Position numbers and translations under genes: made by a program
From: Bdellovibrionales bacterium
Lineage (GTDB): Bacteria; Bdellovibrionota; Bdellovibrionia; Bdellovibrionales; JAGQZY01
Direction of reading: 5' to 3'
NCBI GenBank assembly: GCA_964230645.1
Contig: CAXRHT010000001.1
Location: 96,001 to 160,000 of the forward strand
Length of the DNA: 64,000 nucleotides
In this document: one piece after another, positions 1 through 9,058 of the stretch
Numbering within the stretch: the first letter of the stretch is position 1
How the letters are laid out: each line of letters begins with the position of its first letter
The notes under the pieces: generated by a model
Told to the model about the DNA's origin: nothing
The model's input: the letters and a program-made list of their open reading frames with translations, nothing else
Database searches by the model: none

Positions 1-129
1 TTCGGCGGAAATGGTTTTACTACCGAGTACCCTGTCGAGAAATACTGGAGAGACGCCAAAATTGGCCAGATCTATGAAGGAACGACCAATATGCAAAAGC
101 AAACCATCGCCAAGTTGGAGATGAGTTAA
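1..129 (+). CDS. acyl-CoA dehydrogenase, C-terminal fragment (runs off window start)
   Basis: Frame 1 reads [37 protein letters not shown], the typical ACAD C-terminal motif; stop TAA at 127-129. Confidence 0.9.
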   Translation, partial: FGGNGFTTEYPVEKYWRDAKIGQIYEGTTNMQKQTIAKLEMS

Positions 130-144
130 CCATAAAGAAAACCC

Positions 145-171
145 AGTGCTACCTTTCATTGAGGTGGCACT
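145..171 (+). terminator. stem-loop after acyl-CoA dehydrogenase
   Basis: agtgctacct (145-154) pairs with aggtggcact (162-171) with one G-U pair; no strong U tract. Confidence 0.4.
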
Positions 172-203
172 TAATCAAGGTTCAAGAAGATCTCACTGGC
201 TAT

Positions 204-345
204 AGGTCCTTCGGCTCCGCCTCAGGACGACAATCGAGAATTCTGTCATTCTGAACATTCTGTCTTTTTGTCATTCTGAACATTCTGGCTTTCTGTCATT
301 CTGAATATTCTGTCTTTTTGTCATTCTGAGCGTAGCGAAGAATCT
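204..345. repeat. REP-like palindromic arms (tag ends facing each other) with 3 x 25-bp tandem units between them
   Basis: Right-type arm aggtccttcggctccgcctcaggacgaca at 204-232; units tgtcattctgaacattctgtctttt at 244, 269, 294; left-type arm tgtcattctgagcgtagcgaagaatct at 319-345. Confidence 0.9.
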
Positions 346-627
346 GTCGCCACTAAGTTTCCGTCCCTACTCTTAGTCCTTTACGGGAAGTCTTCTAGCC
401 TTTCCACTCCTATCCTATCCCATCGCACCCTCTGGAAAAACCACTCTGTCGTTCCCACACAACCCATAAATGCCCCATCTGACGGCCTTTCGCGGAAAGT
501 GTCTAAATTTTTCAAAAAGCCAGGCCTTAGTCCTAAGTAATCTAAAAAATTTAGCTTTCAGCTAAAAGTTTGTAAAAAACTTATCAAAGTCTTTAAGACT
601 TTGTATCAGTCCACCGTACTTAAGGGC

Positions 628-2421
628 ATGAAAGCAAGACTAAAGTTATCCACCCTTGTCCGCATCAGTTTAACATTAGGGCTTCTCATCTTGGCCCTTC
701 CCTCACAAGCCTTCGAGCAGTACTGGCAATGTTCCAGTCGGCAAGGCGGCGATTGGAGTTTTGGAAGAGCCCCTTCTATTTGTCTGGTCGACCATATGCA
801 GACCCAAGATTTTGTGAAGTCTCAATATGATCCAATTCTTTTCAAAGACTCTCTTTCACGAACTAATGAAAGAAAAAGATATATCACTGAACTCAATGCG
901 CTCGCAAAAGAAGTGGCGCGCTACTATTTACAAAAAAGAAAACCCGGAGTGAGCGAGGCAGAAATCGCCGCCTTCACGAAAGGTCTTCTCACTTTGATGC
1001 ATCAAGAAACCGTTTGGTCCCATTACCGTAGAAGCACTGACGGTCGAGTGCGCTATATGAGAGGTGATTTTGGTCACGGTCATGGACTTATGCAGGTCGA
1101 TGATCGCTCCCACCAAACCGCACTCCTGCAGGGAAAGGGTGCTGACCTAATTCATAATATGATGTACGGCCTCGATGTCTTTTATGGTGAGTGGCAAAGA
1201 GCTCCAAGCCAATACTGTGTGAATGGGCCCACGGATTATAAGAATCGTATTCGCTCGGCTTGGGCCGCTTACAACGGTGGACCCGGACGCATTTGTCGTT
1301 GGACAAGCACGACCGGAACCTACGCGCACCACGACAAGGACTTTTTAAGTAAGCTCAACAATCAGGTTTTTAAAAACTATGTTACCACTGAAAATAAAGA
1401 AACCGCTCTTAACGTGCAGTGTTTGAGCGAAGGCTCCCGTCCCTGTGCCAATACAGGCACCAGCACAAAACCCGTTCAACCAAAAGAGGGTCAGCTTTAT
1501 CAAGTGGGCTCTGGTTTTTACTGTCTCGTTAAAGGCGATGAACTTCAGTGTGTGGATCGTTTAAACGACGTTAATTGCCTTAACTTACGAGATAGCACCA
1601 ACTATGCCTCGCAAGGTAGCCTTTCTGAGGAACAGTTAAAAAACTTCTCCATTCGCCATTACGATCGCAACTCGATTTGTCAGGCTTCCGTGGATGGTCT
1701 AATTTCTATTAGCTCCGAAATTGAACTTCAAAAAAGTATTAACTTAAGAAGGACACCCGCTGGAGAGTTAGCCACGACGGTTCCTCAAGGCAGCAAACTT
1801 AAAATTCTTGATTTTGAAGTGACCAGCACGGCCGAGCAATTTCGGTACTACAAGCTTAATTACGAGGGAGTTGAAGGCTATGTTTACGCCGGTGATCTTT
1901 CCTCTCACCCTGAGTGGGCTGTGGAGGTAGAAGATATGACCTCTGGAAGCCTCTTAGCTAATATCGGTGAAAGTCTAGAAGTCAAAGCCCCTTACGGAAT
2001 CAATCAACGAGCCACTCCTAATGGACGCTATCTGCAGCGAATTCCTGTGGGCACTCAGGTGCAAGTTCTTGATCGTATCGTTAGAGGAAACGCGAACTAT
2101 CTTTATTATAAAGTCTCTTATAACAACTTAACCGGTTATATTTACTCGGGTTACTTAACCAATTTAGAGAGTGTTTCTTACTGGACCTCAAAACTTGATA
2201 ACAAGAAATCTCTGCTTTCGCTTTCTCAAAACCAAGCTTATCAGTACTTAAAAGAGTGCCCTGAGAGCTCTTGCTCCTACTCTGAGGCTTACCTTGAATC
2301 CGATAAAGAAAACGATCAAGTTGAAGTGGTGGAAGAAAAGTCCGGTTGGTCTCTTGTGGTTAACCGCACTAAAAATAAAAAGGGATGGATTCGCAACTCA
2401 CAACTTGAGCAAAATCACTAA
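628..2421 (+). CDS. secreted lytic transglycosylase (SLT/lysozyme-like) with C-terminal SH3b-like domains
   Basis: Signal peptide (LALPSQA); SLT motifs HQET, GHGLMQV, AAYNGGPG; SH3b-like repeats (INLRRTP..GYVY, INQRATP..GYIY, ..KGWI). ATG at 628 preferred over TTG at 601. Confidence 0.8.
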   Translation: MKARLKLSTLVRISLTLGLLILALPSQAFEQYWQCSSRQGGDWSFGRAPSICLVDHMQTQDFVKSQYDPILFKDSLSRTNERKRYITELNALAKEVARYYLQKRKPGVSEAEIAAFTKGLLTLMHQETVWSHYRRSTDGRVRYMRGDFGHGHGLMQVDDRSHQTALLQGKGADLIHNMMYGLDVFYGEWQRAPSQYCVNGPTDYKNRIRSAWAAYNGGPGRICRWTSTTGTYAHHDKDFLSKLNNQVFKNYVTTENKETALNVQCLSEGSRPCANTGTSTKPVQPKEGQLYQVGSGFYCLVKGDELQCVDRLNDVNCLNLRDSTNYASQGSLSEEQLKNFSIRHYDRNSICQASVDGLISISSEIELQKSINLRRTPAGELATTVPQGSKLKILDFEVTSTAEQFRYYKLNYEGVEGYVYAGDLSSHPEWAVEVEDMTSGSLLANIGESLEVKAPYGINQRATPNGRYLQRIPVGTQVQVLDRIVRGNANYLYYKVSYNNLTGYIYSGYLTNLESVSYWTSKLDNKKSLLSLSQNQAYQYLKECPESSCSYSEAYLESDKENDQVEVVEEKSGWSLVVNRTKNKKGWIRNSQLEQNH

Positions 2422-2433
2422 GGAGTTTCGGTC

Positions 2434-3279
2434 ATGTTAAAAAAGGATCACTTTATTTACCTTGCCCCTGCCGTTCTATTTATGGCAGGTGCCGTCCTAA
2501 TGTTTTCCAATCAGGACCCAGCCTCTACAGCTGAAAATTATCAGCAAAGCCCTCAACCCAGAGTTGAAAGATCCGTCGCTTCCAAGAAAAAGGAAGCCGC
2601 TCAGAGCTCATCAAATGTCGTTAAAAAGAAGTCTGTTAATCAAAAGAAAACCTCAAAAGTTAGGCTCCCCGTTTTTGATCCTAATAAAAATCTCTCTGAT
2701 CAATTCTCCGATCTTAAGAAAATCGAGGAGTGTTACCAAAATGAGGGAAGCTGTGGTTTTCCCATGACCGATCCCAAGTCTGAGTTTTTCGCCATTGGTC
2801 AGCGTTTAAAAACAGACCTTTTAAAATTACAAAATGAAGTGATGGACCAACAAAGAAAAGATGAGCAGATCTCAGAGATGGCTCGTCATTTTCTAAAGAT
2901 TGCCGATGGCCATGTAAAAGAGGCGGCTCTTCATCTCATGGCCACCCAAGAACCCAGTGAAGACAACTTAGAAAGTCTTCTTAATGACATTATCGCCTAC
3001 CACGATGCTAAACTTATACAACAAGGAATGCTGGAGCTAAGGCGTTATCTTGGCAACAAACAAAACGAATCCAAAATTCACCAGGCTCTCGCGAATGCTA
3101 TGCGCACGGGTTCCCCTTTTGTAGCCGAACAAATCTCAAAAAATCTCAATGCTTTTATTAATGAAGACTCTTTACCTCTCTATATGAAGACGATGAGTCA
3201 ACTCTCTAAAGGAAGCCACACTCATAAAAACTTAAAAAACGCCATCAACGATTACCAAAGACTCCTACAGTCCGCGTAA
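2434..3279 (+). CDS. membrane-anchored helical (HEAT-like) hypothetical protein
   Basis: SD aggag 12 nt after the upstream stop; N-terminal TM helix, K/S-rich linker, helical C-terminal region. Confidence 0.7.
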   Translation: MLKKDHFIYLAPAVLFMAGAVLMFSNQDPASTAENYQQSPQPRVERSVASKKKEAAQSSSNVVKKKSVNQKKTSKVRLPVFDPNKNLSDQFSDLKKIEECYQNEGSCGFPMTDPKSEFFAIGQRLKTDLLKLQNEVMDQQRKDEQISEMARHFLKIADGHVKEAALHLMATQEPSEDNLESLLNDIIAYHDAKLIQQGMLELRRYLGNKQNESKIHQALANAMRTGSPFVAEQISKNLNAFINEDSLPLYMKTMSQLSKGSHTHKNLKNAINDYQRLLQSA

Positions 3280-3282
3280 CCA

Positions 3283-3361
3283 AAAGGGATCGGATCCCAT
3301 TGGTAGCGATAGTGCGTCGAAAATGCTGCACATGCGCTACCAAAGGGAAGCAGGTACCTTT
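3283..3361. terminator. imperfect long hairpin between convergent genes
   Basis: cccattggtagcg pairs with cgctaccaaaggg, with further partial pairing outward; fills the gap between two stop codons. Confidence 0.45.
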
Positions 3362-4610
3362 AGGGGATCATGTTTTGAGCGGCGATCCAGGCGGTGGTCC
3401 AAGCGTTTTGAAAGTTGAAGCCTCCTGTGATGCCGTCGACATCCAGAATTTCTCCGGCGAAATAAATACCGGGTGCTTTTTTACTTTCCATGGTTTTAAA
3501 ATTGATTTCTTTTAAAGCCACTCCCCCACATTCCACAAACTCCTCTTTGAATCGACTCTGGCCGTTGATTTCAAAATTTGTGTTTTTAAGGGTCTCGGTC
3601 ACTTTGCTCATTTCTTTTTTTGTAATATTAGCCCACTGCTTTTCTTGATCGATCTTAAGAAAATTCAACAAACGAAACCAAAACCTTTTAGGGAGAACTT
3701 CCGGATAAACATTTTTAATCAAACTTTTGGCATTGTCTTTTTTTAAAGTTTCAAGCTTCTCTACTAAATCTAGCCTCTCCATTGATCCCAACCAATCCAC
3801 GCTGAGAGTGGCATTGTATTGCGCTGTTTTCATCTCTCGAGCGGCCCAAGCCGAGAGTTTAAGGACAGCCGGACCACTGAGTCCCCAATGAGTGATCAAG
3901 GTGGGTCCGGCTTGTTTAAAGTTCTTCTTAGGAGGAACTTTTAATTTCAATTGGGTATTGGGAAAACTCAAACCTTGTAATTCCTCAAGGAGAGGGTGGG
4001 AAATTTTGAAAGTAAATAAGGACGGCGCTCTTTCCGTAATTTTATGCCCAAGAGAGGTCGCTAACTTATAGCCCCCTTCTGCACTTCCTGTCGCGATAAG
4101 AACCTTATCACAGTCAAAGACCTCGTCTTTTTGATTGATCAAACTCCACCGCCCCTCCTGGGCTCGTTGCAATTTTTTGATAGCCGAGCGTTGCCGGATC
4201 TCTATCCCCAAAGCTTCACACTGTTCAAGGTAGGTTTCGATAATCGTTTCGGAGCTATTGCTGTCTGGGAACATACGCCCATCACTTTCTGGGACAATTT
4301 TCACGCCATAATCAGCAAACCAATCAATGGTGTCTTTGGCCTGAAACTGGTTCATAGGTGAGAGAAGCTCTCTTTGACCCCGCGGGTAGTTTTCACAAAA
4401 CTTGTTCACCTCAAAAAGGTTATGAGTCACGTTACAGCGTCCCCCACCGGAAATCCTAACCTTTTTTAAAAGTTGAGAGCTGGACTCAAAGATCACGATA
4501 TGAGCCGTCTGCTGAGCTTTTCTAGCCTTTTTCGCGGCATTGATCGCACAAAAAAAACCGGCGGCTCCTCCGCCAATAATTGCAATAGAAATCGGTCCAC
4601 TATCTACCAT
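3360..4610 (-). CDS. HI0933/YhiN (BaiN-like) family NAD(P)/FAD-dependent oxidoreductase
   Basis: IAIIGGGAAG, KVRISGGGRCNVT, GRMFP, THWGLSGPAVL, FAGEILDVDGITGGFNFQNAW motifs. Confidence 0.93.
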   Translation of the reverse strand: MVDSGPISIAIIGGGAAGFFCAINAAKKARKAQQTAHIVIFESSSQLLKKVRISGGGRCNVTHNLFEVNKFCENYPRGQRELLSPMNQFQAKDTIDWFADYGVKIVPESDGRMFPDSNSSETIIETYLEQCEALGIEIRQRSAIKKLQRAQEGRWSLINQKDEVFDCDKVLIATGSAEGGYKLATSLGHKITERAPSLFTFKISHPLLEELQGLSFPNTQLKLKVPPKKNFKQAGPTLITHWGLSGPAVLKLSAWAAREMKTAQYNATLSVDWLGSMERLDLVEKLETLKKDNAKSLIKNVYPEVLPKRFWFRLLNFLKIDQEKQWANITKKEMSKVTETLKNTNFEINGQSRFKEEFVECGGVALKEINFKTMESKKAPGIYFAGEILDVDGITGGFNFQNAWTTAWIAAQNMIP

Positions 4611-4660
4611 GAGAGCCAACAGTATGTCTGAAAAGAGGCAAACTGTCGACTAGGAAAAAA
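4588..4660. repeat. 73-bp direct repeat, copy 1 (5' end and upstream region of the HI0933 gene)
   Basis: 58/73 identical to 5965-6037 without gaps; last 21 nt (aaactgtcgactaggaaaaaa) identical. Confidence 0.85.
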
Positions 4661-4692
4661 TTATTGGAATTAAATAGAACGTTTTTCACATA

Positions 4693-4718
4693 GTCATCCT
4701 GACCAAGGGGAAGGATCT
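4693..4718 (+). repeat. REP-like left arm (degenerate)
   Basis: gtcatcctgaccaaggggaaggatct matches the arm family; 19/26 to the reverse complement of 5930-5955. Confidence 0.7.
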
Positions 4719-5044
4719 TTTTCCACAGAATAGCAGAACTTAAATACTCCTGGTACTTTTCTAGGTAATGGGACTACTTTCCAAGAGAGTCTAGACGTGA
4801 TTCTTTCGCTTAAAAAGTCGTAAACCATAGTAAATTTTCAAGATTTTAGCCTTTAAAAGAGTAGAGGGGAAACACTTTAGATGCTGGATGAACCAACTCA
4901 AGACGGAAGTTTATATCGAATACTCTATTTACATATGTCTACAATTTTTGTTATTGATACTCATATCATTTTTAACCTTGCATCCCTTTCAATATAGTTG
5001 GTACGTAATTTGTATCTAAAGCTAGATAAACAAGGAGTATTAAA

Positions 5045-5740
5045 ATGAACTTTCTGAAAATTGCCTTTCTGTTTAAGGTGGTTTGTATCTTCAGTAGTAT
5101 TGCTATTGCGAATGAAAACTGTGATCTTGCGTATCAAGAACTAGAAGCTGCTCAAACTTTTTCTGAAACTGCTCCTCAAGAACTAAATCGTACTCGAAAT
5201 CGTCTTCGTGGGTATCAAGATCAACTTGCTGGACTCAACTGTGGAGGCATATACGACAATGCATTAGCTGGAAAATGTGCTAGAACTCGCAATATAATTG
5301 AAGTCCAAGCCGAATGGCTGCAAGACATGAGAGAAGAGGTAGAGAATTATTTTAATCCCAAAATGGGAGAGAGAGCCTATCAAAACCTTTTTAATAATCA
5401 TTCAGAGACAGATGTTTTCGACTCGCTATATGGTGCATTACATCCACATCGAACGAGCTATAATAGAAGATTATCCATGAAAGAGAATCATGAAAGAGCG
5501 TGGGCAAATGGTGGATGTAATAATTTATCTCAAGAAATTCTTAGGAATTATTTGGAAGCTAATCGAAATGCAAGTGACTGCAATATTTTGCCCACTTTTG
5601 TTGAAGAACTCAGATCTTCTTTATCCGAATTATCTGCCGTAAGCGTGCAAGAATTCGTGAACACTAAACAATCAGAATATATTCAGTGTGTAGAGAGTTT
5701 GATTCCTGAAAACCAAAAAAACTCTACAGTGACCGAATAA
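5045..5740 (+). CDS. secreted Cys-containing helical hypothetical protein (cassette cargo)
   Basis: SD aaggag; signal peptide ending AIA; 231 aa; visibly AT-richer than flanking genes. Confidence 0.8.
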   Translation: MNFLKIAFLFKVVCIFSSIAIANENCDLAYQELEAAQTFSETAPQELNRTRNRLRGYQDQLAGLNCGGIYDNALAGKCARTRNIIEVQAEWLQDMREEVENYFNPKMGERAYQNLFNNHSETDVFDSLYGALHPHRTSYNRRLSMKENHERAWANGGCNNLSQEILRNYLEANRNASDCNILPTFVEELRSSLSELSAVSVQEFVNTKQSEYIQCVESLIPENQKNSTVTE

Positions 5741-5929
5741 AAACTAGTCGTCCAAAATCGACAACAGTAAAAGGGGGATCAAGTTTCGATTTCCCACCGA
5801 AGTCTAGTAGGTCAGAGAGCTGGCTCTTAACCAGGTTTTGAAGTGAAAGAAACATCGGAAAAATTGACTTCGTCTCTTGCAAATATTGGCCATTTTTTCA
5901 AATATTCCCTTGAGGGTCCTTCCCTGGAA

Positions 5930-5956
5930 AGATTCTTCGCTTCACTCAGAATGACA
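5930..5956 (-). repeat. REP-like right arm
   Basis: agattcttcgcttcactcagaatgaca, one mismatch from the arm at 34954-34980. Confidence 0.9.
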
Positions 5957-5964
5957 CTTGAACG

Positions 5965-6037
5965 GAAATCGGTTTATCGTTCAACATCAGAGCCTCCAGT
6001 ATGTCTTAAAAGTGAGAAACTGTCGACTAGGAAAAAA
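5965..6037. repeat. 73-bp direct repeat, copy 2 (orphan copy of the HI0933 gene start)
   Basis: Matches 4588-4660; on the minus strand reads MLNDKPIS versus MVDSGPIS in the intact gene. Confidence 0.85.
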
Positions 6038-6046
6038 GAGTCAGAA

Positions 6047-6757
6047 TTAGACAGGGCATTGCCCGGCTGTGAAATTGCTATTTCTATGCCCTTTAAAATG
6101 AATCCGGTGCTTTTTGCCAAAGGATTGCGGTTTTAATAGAAAAACAAAAAAACACTCACTACCGAGATGGCGTTGGCATTTTAGTTCTTCCCGTTGACTG
6201 GCGGGGAGAAAAGCTTGTGATTTCACTTCACCAGGGGTATCCACGGTCAGCTGATTTCGTAGGTAAAAGGAGGGATTTGAGGGAAGCTCATGTTTCTTAA
6301 GTTCTACAGCAAAAAGGCCTGCAAAGTTTTTGTATAGAGATTTCTTCTCTAGAAAACGAAGGTGGAAAGAAACCTGTGAACGGCAACGACTCACTGGTGT
6401 TTCGCCCACAAGCCACAGAGATTGGGGGTCGACATCCTTAAATTGCTGAGGCCTTAGACTCACCTCTGAAACCTTGTCTGATACTTCAAGGATGAGGGGC
6501 GCTTTATTAGGATCTTTTAATAAAACCACTAACTCTAATTTTTGATGGGGGTATTTTACTCTTGAGAGCTCAACGGAAGTATTACCTTCGGTTTTTTTGG
6601 AAGCTCGCCCTCTAAAGCCCAGCTTTAAAGGACGCAATTCTTTACCCCACTTAACTTTCAAATTGGGAATTTTTTGGATCTGTTCGGCTGGGGCTGAACC
6701 CAAGAGTTTCAACGAATAAATAATCACGAAACTGCATAGAAAAAAAGATCGAATCAT
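6047..6757 (-). CDS. secreted hypothetical protein
   Basis: Long ORF with hydrophobic N-terminus, co-oriented downstream of the S46 peptidase; no family recognised. Confidence 0.65.
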   Translation of the reverse strand: MIRSFFLCSFVIIYSLKLLGSAPAEQIQKIPNLKVKWGKELRPLKLGFRGRASKKTEGNTSVELSRVKYPHQKLELVVLLKDPNKAPLILEVSDKVSEVSLRPQQFKDVDPQSLWLVGETPVSRCRSQVSFHLRFLEKKSLYKNFAGLFAVELKKHELPSNPSFYLRNQLTVDTPGEVKSQAFLPASQREELKCQRHLGSECFFVFLLKPQSFGKKHRIHFKGHRNSNFTAGQCPV

Positions 6758-6817
6758 TGTAGCTTTCCCCATAAAACTGAGGGAAAGCTTTTAAGGCTCT
6801 CCCCGGATTTTTTTACT

Positions 6818-8932
6818 CTACTGGGCGGCGGCCATTTTTTTGTCGCCCCCTTGGGACTCTTTGATTTCCTCTACGAGTGTGTCGGCCTTATAAACTTTTT
6901 CAAGAGCCTCAAGAATCAAATCTCCATGAACAGATACGGCCCGATTTTGTTTTTCATCAAATCCGTAAGCGCCCCCTAGAGAATAGATGTTACCATCAAA
7001 AACTAAACCTATGATCTCAGCCTTGCGATTAATGACGGGTGAGCCTGAGTTACCGCCAATAATGTCATTGGTGGAAACGAAGTTAAAGGGCGTATTTTTA
7101 TCAAGACTTTTCTCGTTTTTAATCCAGGACTTGGGAAGATCAAAAGGCTCTCTCCCGGTGGCCCGCTTAAAAACCCCTGCAATTTCTGTCGTAGGCTCCA
7201 CATACTTGCCATTGTCAGGGAAACCTTTTACTTGTCCGTAAGACAGACGCAAAGAAAAGGTCGCGTCAGGATAGTTGTCTTTGCCGTAGATATCAAAAAT
7301 AGCTTTAGCGATTTTTTCCTGATTCTTACTAAATATAGGAGAAATTTCCTCTTCTTCAATTTTACGATACTTTCTGGCCTCATCATCCAACTTGATCGCA
7401 AACTCGATCATGGGGTCCTTTGAAGATAGGATCGCTTTTTTGCCGCCTTCAAAAAGTTTTTTACGATAAGCCACATCATCAAGCTTGGTTTTCTTCACCA
7501 ATTCCTGAGAGAGTTCTTCCGGTGACTGCTTACCAAGAGCCAACTTTACAAACGAGTGATCCGGCGACAAATGCTCACGCATTTTGGTGAGACTATGCTC
7601 CATGAGGGTGCGTTCAAAGTCCTTATAAATAGGGGCCTTACTGAAAAGGTACTGCTTTGTACGCGGCAGTTTTGCATCGGTGAACTCGCGAAAACGCTTT
7701 TTATTAGGCTTTTCAATTTCCTCAGCATACTGAACGAGAGTTCTGGCATAAGAGAAAAGTTTGGTGCCATAGTTTGAAAAAGCAATATGGGAGAACTCAT
7801 CTTCTAAATTTTTCTTACGCTCAATAGCCTTTTCAATATTCTTCCAAGCATCGCCGTATTTGTTTTTGTACCAACGATTTCGTCGCACTCGGTATTTTAG
7901 GTCGCGCTCTTTTTTCAGTAATTGAGTAAAAAACTCATCATCATTGAGAGCTTTCAGACGACCCGTTAGAGCTTTAAATCCATTCTCCACTCCCTTTAAG
8001 TGGCCTCTTGAAATTCTAGCGGCCTCTTTACTTTTCTTGGCGTATTGATCAAGTAGACCTCTCATCTCTGCTAACCGAATCAAACTTTCTACTAAACGAT
8101 GATCTCGGTAATATTTAAGCATAGAGGTGGGCAGTAAGCGATCCGTACTTCCCGGATGCCCCGTAATAAAAGTCATATCGCCTTTTTTGGCTCCTTCTTC
8201 AGCCCAAGGGAACCAGTATTTATTTTCAAGGGGTTTTCCTTTTTCGTAAACACGAAGAAAGGTCATATCCATAGAATAGCGGGGAAAATTAAAATTATCA
8301 GGATCGCCCCCAAAGGCTGCGATACTATCTTCAGGAGCAAAAACCAAACGCACATCTTGGTAACGTCGATATTTATAAAGCTTGTACTCTCCCCCATGAT
8401 AAAGTGAAACCGTATCGCAACGATAGTCTTCGCTATTTTTGGCACAAGCTTTTTCAAGCTCTGCCATTTTTGCTTTTTTGGCATCACTATAAGCTTTGCC
8501 CTCTTTGTCTTTTGTGGCTTCAAGAATATTTTCAGTCACATCACTCACATCCACCAGGCGATTGACTTCAAAGGCGGGGCATTTTTTCTCGTCACCGCGA
8601 GCTTTCGCGTGAAACCCAGAGGATATGAAATCGTTTTTCTTTGAAGAAAGATTTTGAATACAACCTCTTGCACAATGATGATTGGTCATCAGCAAACCCT
8701 CTTTAGAGATAAAACTTCCAGAACAACCATTGGCTAATCTCACAGAACTCAGTTGAACCTTTTTGACCCATGTCGGATTGGCTTTGAAATCGTATTTTTC
8801 TTTAAGGCGCTCTTCTGGCAAATTATCGAGAGTCCACATTCCCTCATCGGCATGCAGGGGATGAACCAGAAAGATTGTTAAAACACTGAGCAAAAACTTC
8901 TGTAAGAACACTATGAAACTCCTTGAACACAT
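6818..8932 (-). CDS. S46 family dipeptidyl peptidase (DPP7-like)
   Basis: ADEGMW after signal peptide, GCSGSFIS, TNHHCA, DIIGGNSGSP (catalytic Ser), GLVFDGN. Confidence 0.95.
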   Translation of the reverse strand: MCSRSFIVFLQKFLLSVLTIFLVHPLHADEGMWTLDNLPEERLKEKYDFKANPTWVKKVQLSSVRLANGCSGSFISKEGLLMTNHHCARGCIQNLSSKKNDFISSGFHAKARGDEKKCPAFEVNRLVDVSDVTENILEATKDKEGKAYSDAKKAKMAELEKACAKNSEDYRCDTVSLYHGGEYKLYKYRRYQDVRLVFAPEDSIAAFGGDPDNFNFPRYSMDMTFLRVYEKGKPLENKYWFPWAEEGAKKGDMTFITGHPGSTDRLLPTSMLKYYRDHRLVESLIRLAEMRGLLDQYAKKSKEAARISRGHLKGVENGFKALTGRLKALNDDEFFTQLLKKERDLKYRVRRNRWYKNKYGDAWKNIEKAIERKKNLEDEFSHIAFSNYGTKLFSYARTLVQYAEEIEKPNKKRFREFTDAKLPRTKQYLFSKAPIYKDFERTLMEHSLTKMREHLSPDHSFVKLALGKQSPEELSQELVKKTKLDDVAYRKKLFEGGKKAILSSKDPMIEFAIKLDDEARKYRKIEEEEISPIFSKNQEKIAKAIFDIYGKDNYPDATFSLRLSYGQVKGFPDNGKYVEPTTEIAGVFKRATGREPFDLPKSWIKNEKSLDKNTPFNFVSTNDIIGGNSGSPVINRKAEIIGLVFDGNIYSLGGAYGFDEKQNRAVSVHGDLILEALEKVYKADTLVEEIKESQGGDKKMAAAQ

Positions 8933-9058
8933 TAGAAAAGCCCCCTTAAAAAAGACTTTGGAAAAGGTTTACCTATTCCCCCCTTCTGTGGTCAATAAAA
9001 GCTTGTTTTCATAGTGGTTTTACAGAATCTTAAATCTAGGAAATTAATGAAATCGATT

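Noticed and set aside
4998..5014. Sigma-54-like promoter TTGGTACGTAATTTGTA before the cassette ORF
   Set aside because: The -12 element is GT rather than GC; too weak to call.
5843..6136. 97-aa ORF
   Set aside because: Runs through the REP-like arm and DR2 and overlaps the convergent gene; no recognisable features.
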